Shown one piece after another: positions 21,071 through 29,052 of a stretch of 64,000 nt of DNA (within the stretch, counting starts at the first letter, position 1; every line of letters starts with the position of its first letter). This DNA is from an uncultured cyanobacterium. GTDB taxonomy: Bacteria; Cyanobacteriota; Cyanobacteriia; Phormidesmidales; Phormidesmidaceae. The DNA lies in NCBI GenBank assembly GCA_963793265.1, contig CAWBZI010000001.1:1120001-1184000 (forward strand). Direction: 5' to 3'. The notes under the pieces are model-generated. The model had not been told where the DNA came from and searched no databases. It was given only the letters and a program-made list of their open reading frames with translations. Both the position numbers and the translations under genes were made by a program.

Positions 21071-21943
21071 ATGGGCTTCAAGGATTCTAAAAACGAGTAT
21101 GGGCTGTGGCAGCGGGTGCAGCGCAACCTGATATGGCTGGGGCTGCTAGCTTTTGTATGGCTGTTTTGCAGCGGTCAGGCCACCGCCGAAACCCTGCGGG
21201 AGCGTCAGCAGTCTTTTCCCAACTGGCAAAACAAGCCGCCTGTACAAATTTCTGATGGGGATTTGGTGTATCCCAAGTGGATGGCGGGCACCTGGCGAAT
21301 GAATTCTACCCTGGTGGATATGGTGGCTCCGCTAGCGCCTGAAGTCGTGACGCCAGGCTTTGAAGGCAACCGACAGTTTCTATATAAGCCCGTTGCGGCA
21401 GTGATTAAGTTTATTCCGGTGACGGTTTCGCAGGGGCGATTTTTGAACAGGCCGCTGCCGCCGACCCGGTTAGAAGATGCGAATGATGATGAGATTCAGA
21501 TTGTCTCGGATCGCGCGTTTAACGGGCTGAGTTTGGCGAAAGCGTATTTAGGCGATGAGTGGGTGAAGTCGGTGAAAGTTGACCCGAACGATCCGAACCG
21601 GCAGATTACCTTCTTAAAAGATGACCAGCAGCTTATTTCGACGGTGACCGGGCGAACGGTAGAAACGCCAAACCAGGCGATGTTTGCGACCACAGAAGTA
21701 TTTCAACAGTATTTTCGCAACGCTAAGAATGCGAATGATGAGCCGACGGTGTATCTCAACGAAGTGGAGAATACAACGGTTTATCGCAAGCGGGCCGATC
21801 CTAATTTTCCGATTGATGCCGATCAAATTACGGCGATTTATCTATCACCGCAAGATCCGAACTACTTTAAGGCCAAAGACAAGCCGGTCGCGCTGTATCG
21901 GTATCAGCTTTCCTTTAGTCCGTTGCAGCCGAAGTCTTGGTAG
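21071..21943 (+). CDS. Conserved cyanobacterial exported protein (DUF6816-like)
   Basis: GDLVYPKWMAGTW, DRAFNG and YLSPQDPNYF motifs. Confidence 0.6.
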   Translation: MGFKDSKNEYGLWQRVQRNLIWLGLLAFVWLFCSGQATAETLRERQQSFPNWQNKPPVQISDGDLVYPKWMAGTWRMNSTLVDMVAPLAPEVVTPGFEGNRQFLYKPVAAVIKFIPVTVSQGRFLNRPLPPTRLEDANDDEIQIVSDRAFNGLSLAKAYLGDEWVKSVKVDPNDPNRQITFLKDDQQLISTVTGRTVETPNQAMFATTEVFQQYFRNAKNANDEPTVYLNEVENTTVYRKRADPNFPIDADQITAIYLSPQDPNYFKAKDKPVALYRYQLSFSPLQPKSW

Positions 21944-21946
21944 GCA

Positions 21947-22630
21947 CTAGCGACGGCGAGGGCGAGGATTGTAGTCGCCGGGATAGTCGTTTCTGTCGTT
22001 GTAAGGACGGTCGTAGTTGGGGCGATCGCCTGGGCGATCGTAGTTGGGCCTGCGGTCATAGGCGCGATCGTCGTAGTAGGGTCTGTCGCCGTAGTTAGGG
22101 CCGTAGCCAGGATTCGGATTTCTTTGGGGCGGATAGTTGCCTTGGGGTGGGTACTGGGGCTGATAGAAGCGATCGCGCTGCCGGTTGTGGCCTAGTACGT
22201 TATTTTCGACGTGCATTTTGAGCTGCTGGGCCATGCGGCGGAGTCCCTGGCGTTCGTCTTGACGGATGAAGGGCAGGAAGACTTTGGAGAGTATGCCGGA
22301 GAAGTTTTCGCGGTGGAGGTAGCGGGTGCGGCCTGGGACGGTTTCGCGTAGCTCGAACATGTGCTCGCTGCGAAGACCGGGAATGGTGGATACCCAGCGC
22401 ATCACGTAGGGCGATCGCATCATGGTAATCAGCGGTTGAAACTCAGTTTCTTCATCACCTTCTAAGCGCTGCATTGATAGAAATATTTCGCCGCCGCGCT
22501 GCATTGGCAAGCTAGGATCGCAGTCGAATAAAAAGGTATTCCAAAAGCGCCACTGATCTTTGCGAATGAGCGCATCCCAAACGACGCTTTGGGGGGCGTT
22601 GATATCAATTTCAGCGTAGAGGGTGGGCAT
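21947..22630 (-). CDS. SRPBCC/START-like domain protein with low-complexity Y/D/R/P/N tail
   Basis: AEIDINAP..VWDAL..WRFWNTF N-domain; NYDRP-type repeats at the C-terminus. Confidence 0.75.
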   Translation of the reverse strand: MPTLYAEIDINAPQSVVWDALIRKDQWRFWNTFLFDCDPSLPMQRGGEIFLSMQRLEGDEETEFQPLITMMRSPYVMRWVSTIPGLRSEHMFELRETVPGRTRYLHRENFSGILSKVFLPFIRQDERQGLRRMAQQLKMHVENNVLGHNRQRDRFYQPQYPPQGNYPPQRNPNPGYGPNYGDRPYYDDRAYDRRPNYDRPGDRPNYDRPYNDRNDYPGDYNPRPRRR

Positions 22631-22788
22631 GGGAAATAAAGATACGGTTTAAGGTGCAAATACAGATAAATGATAGTAGCGGCGAGACGCAGTTGGACTT
22701 AATATTCCCTAGTGGCTGTGCCCTTTATTTTTTCACTAGGTCGCTTCCATAAGCCGCACACTCCTCTTATAAGTTAATCATTTTTCCT

Positions 22789-24180
22789 ATGGTCAGTTTG
22801 ACGCCTAATCCTAGCTACAGTGTAACGCTCCGCATTAAGCTGCCCAATCAGGTAAATCGGCTCTCGGCAGTGATAGAGGCGATCGCCCAGGCTGAGGGCA
22901 ACCTTGGCAACATTGAAGTGATTGAAAAAAGCCGCGAGTACATTATTCGCGAGATTGCGGTTGATGCGGCGAGTACTGAGGCGGCTGAGAATATTGAAAA
23001 GGCGGTGCGATCGCTTCCTACCGTCGAAGTATTAGAAGTATACGACCGTACCTTTGCCCTACACCGGGGCGGCAAGCTGCGGGTAGAAGCCAAGATCCCC
23101 CTACGTGAGCAAGACGATTTGGCGATGGCCTATACCCCAGGCGTCGGCAGGGTTTGCGTCGAAATTGCCAAGCATCCAGAGCGCGTATACGACCTGACGA
23201 TTAAAGGTAATACGGTGGCAATTGTCAGCGACGGCAGCGCGGTATTGGGCTTAGGCAACCTGGGTGCTGAAGGCTCTATGCCGGTAATGGAAGGCAAGGC
23301 CATGCTGTTTAAAGAATTCGCGGGGCTCGACGCCTTTCCGATTTGCCTGGACACGCAAGACACCGAAGAAATCATTGAAACCGTCAAGCGCATCGCCCCC
23401 GTATTTGGCGCTGTGAACTTAGAAGACATCAGCGCCCCCCGCTGCTTTGAAATCGAACGGCGGCTTCAGGAAGACCTGGACATTCCAATTTTTCATGATG
23501 ACCAGCACGGCACCGCGATTGTGAGCCTCGCTGCGCTGACCAATTCGCTAAAAGTTGTTAACAAGCAAATCGGTGATATTCAACTGGTGATCAACGGGGC
23601 CGGAGCCGCGGGGCTTTCGATGGGGCGGCTGTTTCAAAAAGCGGGCCTGAAAAACCTGATTATCTGCGATTCTAAAGGCATTATCAGCAGCGATAGAGAT
23701 AACCTCAATGAGGCCAAAAAGGCATTCGCCGTGTCCGAATCTGGCAGCTTAGCCGACGCGATGAAAGGTGCTGACGTATTTATGGGCGTGAGTGCCCCCG
23801 GCGTGGTGAGTGTGGAGATGGTGAAGTCTATGGCCGCTGGGCCCATCGTATTTGCGATGGCGAACCCCGTGCCCGAAATTCAGCCCGAGCTGGTGCAGGA
23901 TATCGCGGCGGTGATTGCGACCGGGCGCAGTGACTATCCGAACCAGATTAATAATGTGCTGGCCTTTCCGGGTGTGATTCGGGGGGCGGTGGACTGCCGG
24001 GCGCAGGCAATTACGATTGAGATGTTTTTGGCGGCGAGTGGTGCGATCGCTTCCCTCATCCCAGAAAACGAACTTGCACCAAACAACATCATGCCCTCAG
24101 TATTTGACGCGAGAGTGGCCCCGGCAGTATCAGCCGCCGTGCAGGAAGTGGCCAGATCGGCAGGCATTGCGAAGAAGTGA
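22789..24180 (+). CDS. Malic enzyme with N-terminal ACT domain
   Basis: AYTPGVG, PVMEGKA, NLEDISAP, FHDDQHGTA, GAGAAG and ATGRSDYPNQINN motifs. Confidence 0.93.
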   Translation: MVSLTPNPSYSVTLRIKLPNQVNRLSAVIEAIAQAEGNLGNIEVIEKSREYIIREIAVDAASTEAAENIEKAVRSLPTVEVLEVYDRTFALHRGGKLRVEAKIPLREQDDLAMAYTPGVGRVCVEIAKHPERVYDLTIKGNTVAIVSDGSAVLGLGNLGAEGSMPVMEGKAMLFKEFAGLDAFPICLDTQDTEEIIETVKRIAPVFGAVNLEDISAPRCFEIERRLQEDLDIPIFHDDQHGTAIVSLAALTNSLKVVNKQIGDIQLVINGAGAAGLSMGRLFQKAGLKNLIICDSKGIISSDRDNLNEAKKAFAVSESGSLADAMKGADVFMGVSAPGVVSVEMVKSMAAGPIVFAMANPVPEIQPELVQDIAAVIATGRSDYPNQINNVLAFPGVIRGAVDCRAQAITIEMFLAASGAIASLIPENELAPNNIMPSVFDARVAPAVSAAVQEVARSAGIAKK

Positions 24181-24268
24181 AGCCTAACCCAGGGATGATT
24201 TGTGCATCCCCCCATTGTCATAGACTACTCATCAAACGCCCAATAAGAAATAGACAAGGACGCTCACT

Positions 24269-24751
24269 ATGCTAAACGAAGCTGCTAAGAAAACCATGCT
24301 CCGCAAAATTCCTCACGGACTGTACGTATGCGGGGTAAAAGATGGCGATGATGTCAATGGCTTTACAGCAAGCTGGGTGATGCAGGCTTCTTTTGAGCCG
24401 CCTTTGGTCGTGACGTGTGTAAAAGCTGATTCTACGTCGCACGCGATGATCAAGTCGGGCGGTGTGTTTGCACTCAGCATTTTAGAAGACAATCAGAAAG
24501 AGGTGGCACAGAACTTCTTTAAGCCGTTGCGACGGACGGGCAACAAGTTTGAAGATATTGAGTTTTATCCTGGTGAAGAGACGGGTTGCCCGATTATCAA
24601 AGATTCTTTGGGCTATGTGGAATGTAATGTTGTTGGTTCTGTAGAGAAGGGTGACCACACGGTATTTGTTGGAGAAGTGGTGGGTGCAGGTGAGCACCGT
24701 GAGGGTAAGCCGTTGATCTTAGAAGATACTGGCTGGAACTACGGTGGGTAA
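24269..24751 (+). CDS. Flavin reductase-like protein
   Basis: SWVMQASFEPP and GDHTVFVGEV motifs. Confidence 0.85.
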   Translation: MLNEAAKKTMLRKIPHGLYVCGVKDGDDVNGFTASWVMQASFEPPLVVTCVKADSTSHAMIKSGGVFALSILEDNQKEVAQNFFKPLRRTGNKFEDIEFYPGEETGCPIIKDSLGYVECNVVGSVEKGDHTVFVGEVVGAGEHREGKPLILEDTGWNYGG

Positions 24752-24810
24752 GTTTTGTTTGATTTGAGGGGGTGAGCGATCGCATTTGTACTATGCTGAC
24801 GCCAGGCAAG

Positions 24811-25001
24811 TTTTGGCAAAGCTAAGCGGGGTCAAAATCCCTGGGAGGTTTGCCAAAACGCCAGAACCTTGACAATTCAATACTTTCAAAGACTTTCACG
24901 GCGATGTGATTTCCTTTCTCTTGGGCGATTTGACTTGAAAACGGCACCTTTGCCAAAACTGCTCGCAGAATGCCTGTAGAATAAAGGACACAGAGGCCGG
25001 A
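24811..25001 (+). promoter_or_regulatory. CRISPR leader of array 1
   Basis: Homologous to 39449-39639, with TTTTGGCAAAG, GTTTGCCAAAA and CTTTGCCAAAA motifs; ends AGGCCGGA before the first repeat. Confidence 0.85.
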
Positions 25002-26943
25002 CGCGCCATTCACTAATCCCGATCATCGGGACTGAAACGCTTTCATCGCATTAAGCACACGCCTAGGCTCATTGACGCGCCATTCACTAATCCCGATCAT
25101 CGGGACTGAAACATCTGTGCAGTCTTCTGGTCGAGGCTGGTCGTCACCGCGCCATTCACTAATCCCGATCATCGGGACTGAAACTTTCTCTCTTAAATTC
25201 GGCATGTGTTTGCTTGCGGCCGCGCCATTCACTAATCCCGATCATCGGGACTGAAACTTCAACGCAATCGTTTAGTGGAAGAGATCGAGCTGACTTACGC
25301 GCCATTCACTAATCCCGATCATCGGGACTGAAACCTGACTATCATTCCGGCCGAAGCGTACCAGCCTCGTCATAACGCGCCATTCACTAATCCCGATCAT
25401 CGGGACTGAAACGCGACGTCTTCGACACAGGCAATACCTGTCTTCCCGACGCGCCATTCACTAATCCCGATCATCGGGACTGAAACTAACTCTTCTCCAT
25501 TCGCGATCGCCCGTATCAAACGCGCCATTCACTAATCCCGATCATCGGGACTGAAACACTTATGCCGCGCATCGTCGCCCTGGGTGCCGGTCGCGCCATT
25601 CACTAATCCCGATCATCGGGACTGAAACTATTTAAGGCAATTAGAGCGGGCCGCAAACACTGTCCGCGCCATTCACTAATCCCGATCATCGGGACTGAAA
25701 CGATGGATGATCGAGCAGTCAATGCAGCAATCGGGCGCGCCATTCACTAATCCCGATCATCGGGACTGAAACAATCCTGAGCAGTACGGGCTACTCGCTG
25801 ATGCTATCGCGCCATTCACTAATCCCGATCATCGGGACTGAAACAACATTGGCGAGTTTCGATCTCGTCTGGTCGGAAAATACGCGCCATTCACTAATCC
25901 CGATCATCGGGACTGAAACATTTCGATTCCTCGGTGGATAGCCTATCATTGCTCCAACGCGCCATTCACTAATCCCGATCATCGGGACTGAAACACATCT
26001 GACGGCTATCTACCTGTGATAGCTGGTGACGCGCCATTCACTAATCCCGATCATCGGGACTGAAACCGCCAACTCTCTGCCATTGCGATCGGGCATTACA
26101 AACGCGCCATTCACTAATCCCGATCATCGGGACTGAAACAGTCACGCGTTATCCCATGTAAATACATTTCCTACACGCGCCATTCACTAATCCCGATCAT
26201 CGGGACTGAAACTGTCTCTATTGTTCCAGCTACTGATGACCTAGTACCGCGCCATTCACTAATCCCGATCATCGGGACTGAAACATCTAGAGGTTGGCTC
26301 AGAGTATTGGCGGCATTCTCTCTTCACGCGCCATTCACTAATCCCGATCATCGGGACTGAAACGTGTGACTGGGCTTTGGCTACGCCGTGACCTTCCACG
26401 CGCCATTCACTAATCCCGATCATCGGGACTGAAACGCCGCACTGCCGAACTGCTGAGTAAAGAGTCTAGTCGCGCCATTCACTAATCCCGATCATCGGGA
26501 CTGAAACAAAAATTTTCATAGCGTGAGTATTGCTCAAACACGGTCCGCGCCATTCACTAATCCCGATCATCGGGACTGAAACCTGCGGTTGTTCTTGAAT
26601 TTCTAAATGCTGAGGTCGCGCCATTCACTAATCCCGATCATCGGGACTGAAACTCCTTCTGATAGCAACTAGTGCCACAGGTCTTCAGCGCGCCATTCAC
26701 TAATCCCGATCATCGGGACTGAAACCTAAGGCTGTGCGCTATGGCTTGACGGATGCGATCGCGCGCCATTCACTAATCCCGATCATCGGGACTGAAACGT
26801 GCAGCTCGCCAGCATAGAACCCCAGCTAGAGATCGCGCCATTCACTAATCCCGATCATCAGGACTGAAACCTGCCTGACTGGCTGCTCCAGCGGCAAGAG
26901 CAAACACGCGCCGTTCGCTAATCCCAATCATCGAGGCTGAAAC
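25002..26943 (+). CRISPR. CRISPR array 1 (type I-D), 27 repeats and 26 spacers
   Basis: 37-nt repeat CGCGCCATTCACTAATCCCGATCATCGGGACTGAAAC. Repeat 26 has one mismatch and the terminal repeat 26907-26943 is degenerate. Confidence 0.98.
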
Positions 26944-26979
26944 ATGGTTGACAAGCAAACTAGCGAATACTGAACTGTT

Positions 26980-27588
26980 CTAAGTGAAGCGCCGTTCGTT
27001 CACTCTACGCTGACAATCCTCTAAAATATTTTTCAGCTCATCGACTTGGCTCGGCAACAACTCACGAGCCAGCACCTTAAACATCTTGTCGAAATTAACA
27101 CCACTACACTGCATCAGCAAACCGGAAATATCGTTTTCGTATGTCATCGCCCGACGCTGTTGCCCCTGTTGGTACAGACTAGGAAGTGCATATAGCTTCA
27201 GCAGAATAATGCCTTCAGGCGATGCTCTAACAATCTCTTTATCCCCTATAGCTACACTATCCAAACAGTGAGTCATCACGTATTCAAAAATAGGATTGTT
27301 CCTATACAAAGCGTCGATCCGAGTACCTTGATACAGGTAGCGCCCAAAGTTCGGATCACTACTTTCCTTCTCAAGCTCCTCTACCTGCTCAATATCATTT
27401 TTAGCGATGATAAAATCAAAGTCATCAGTCGGCCTAGCGCAATCGTCTATCGTCATTAAGGCCGCGCCACCTACAAGCGCATACGCTATATTTTTGGCCT
27501 CTAGCAGCTCAATAAAGGCAGTAAGCTGATGAGTATTTATCATTGCGGTAATGCCTGTATTACTAGCAGGATGAAGCGTATTGATCAT
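26980..27588 (-). CDS. Nucleotidyltransferase-superfamily protein (AbiEii/DUF6036-like)
   Basis: YALVGGAAL...RPTDDFDF (GG..DxD), RASPEGIILLKL and a C-terminal D-I-x-x-L helix. Start uncertain (27612, 27588 or 27543). Confidence 0.7.
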   Translation of the reverse strand: MINTLHPASNTGITAMINTHQLTAFIELLEAKNIAYALVGGAALMTIDDCARPTDDFDFIIAKNDIEQVEELEKESSDPNFGRYLYQGTRIDALYRNNPIFEYVMTHCLDSVAIGDKEIVRASPEGIILLKLYALPSLYQQGQQRRAMTYENDISGLLMQCSGVNFDKMFKVLARELLPSQVDELKNILEDCQRRVNERRFT

Positions 27589-27696
27589 AATTGGTAACAA
27601 GATTACAAGCACCGTAGGCTTATCTATATTAGTTCACGCTTGTTAGCGTATCGCTGTAACCATTTCACTTTTTGGCAGGGAAAGAGTGCTATGTCC

Positions 27697-28569
27697 CTAC
27701 AAATAGCGCTGAGCCATAGACTGAACGGTTGCTTGTATACGACTTCTAAGCGCAGGCGGGCTTATCACTTCACAGTCTGCGCCGTAGGGCAAAATATCGC
27801 GCTCGAACCAAAAGCTACTGCTAATAGAACGAACGATCCGGCGAGTACGCGGGGCATCAGGAAGCCACTCCACCACAACATCTTGGCCCCTTTTACTGCT
27901 GTAGCCAAAGGCCAATCCACCATATAAATGCATCTCTACCTCAAGCGTATCAAGACCCTTGCGCCACTGCTGCGAGCTGCGATCACCTGGTGTTATAGCC
28001 GTGACTGCCGCGTCTGTAATGCGATCTAGCCGCAGTGTGCGGTTGTGCTCAAGGTCGGGCAGGTCTTTGTTGCCGTCAGTCTCGGCGCACCAGCAGTCTA
28101 AATATTGGCGATCGCCCCTCGGCACGATTTTGGCGTAGTAGATATTAAAGTGAAATATTTGATCTCTTGGATCTTGATAGGAGAGCTGAAAAGGCCGCTC
28201 GCGCTTAATGTACCTTTCTATCTCTATACGCCAGGGATGGATATCGCGCTCTAAAAAAGTATCGAGTTCCTGACGCAGCGGAATGGTAAGTTCTGAGCGA
28301 GCACGCAGCAGCTCGGCAATGGCTACAGCGTCTTGAACCCTTCCCATATCAACCAATAGCCCCCGAATGCGATCAAGCAGCACAATGCGCTCAATGGGCC
28401 AGTCGTTGTTGTGAGCTATTTTGAGGGTTTGGCGGGCGATCGCTTCGATGAGCTTGGAAATGTTGGCGCGATCGCCCCACCTCATCCCATACTCAAGCGC
28501 CAGTTCCTCTAACCGAGCCTTATCCTCATCGGATAGCGAAATAGTGATTGAACGCCCTTTACGACCCAT
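27697..28569 (-). CDS. WYL-domain transcriptional regulator with N-terminal ribbon-helix-helix, type I-D associated
   Basis: SITISLS..KARLEELA..WGDRANISKL N-terminus; YLDCWCAET and NRTLRLDRI WYL motifs; divergent from the cas operon. Confidence 0.9.
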   Translation of the reverse strand: MGRKGRSITISLSDEDKARLEELALEYGMRWGDRANISKLIEAIARQTLKIAHNNDWPIERIVLLDRIRGLLVDMGRVQDAVAIAELLRARSELTIPLRQELDTFLERDIHPWRIEIERYIKRERPFQLSYQDPRDQIFHFNIYYAKIVPRGDRQYLDCWCAETDGNKDLPDLEHNRTLRLDRITDAAVTAITPGDRSSQQWRKGLDTLEVEMHLYGGLAFGYSSKRGQDVVVEWLPDAPRTRRIVRSISSSFWFERDILPYGADCEVISPPALRSRIQATVQSMAQRYL

Positions 28570-28800
28570 GCGTCTTCTTGCCTTATTTTGTACGTACACT
28601 TTATTTAAATTTGAACGAACACATCTGATTGATACTGTTAATATAGCCTTATAAACAAAGGAGAGTACATTTTATCCGCTTTGGCACTGAGTTTATGTTT
28701 AGAAAAAATACGTAATTCCAGCGTTAGAGCAAAACCCTAATTAAAGACGCTAGATTTACCCTGTTGCTGAGGCCATCATGCAGAACTCAGAGGTAGCTTA

Positions 28801-29037
28801 ATGAACGACAACAATATACTCTCTCGAATTTCTGTCAATCCTGAGATTTGTTTTGGCAAGCCTTGCATTAGAGGACATCGTATATGGGTGACCCTAATTT
28901 TGGACTGTTTATCAGCAGGTGAAACAATTGAAAGTATCTTAGAAGCTTACCCAAGTATTCAGAGAGAAGATGTACTCGCCTGCATTGCTTACGGTGCAGA
29001 AACTATTAGAAAAATGCTACACAGAGACGGCGAATAG
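28801..29037 (+). CDS. DUF433-family protein
   Basis: RISVNPEICFGKPCIRGHRI and EAYPSIQREDV motifs. Confidence 0.9.
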   Translation: MNDNNILSRISVNPEICFGKPCIRGHRIWVTLILDCLSAGETIESILEAYPSIQREDVLACIAYGAETIRKMLHRDGE

Positions 29038-29052
29038 GAGAATTCAAGTCTT

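Noticed and set aside
25487..25520. HIP1-containing spacer as possible self-targeting
   Set aside because: No matching protospacer found by eye in this window; HIP1 also occurs in cyanobacterial plasmids and prophages.
25023..25982. Short ORFs across array 1 with repeated VSVPMIGISEWR
   Set aside because: Translations of CRISPR repeats, not genes.
25629..26545. Array-1 spacers 9 and 21 both end caaacacNgtc
   Set aside because: Only 10 of 11 nt match, the remainder is unrelated, and the pattern was noticed post hoc among many pairs.
28717..28735. Partial match of the last array-1 spacer (tccagcg-gca-agagcaaa) to the cas promoter region (tccagcg-tt-agagcaaa), suggesting crRNA autoregulation
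   Set aside because: The match is gapped, only 15 nt long and at the PAM-distal 3' end of the spacer; type I binding needs the 5' seed.
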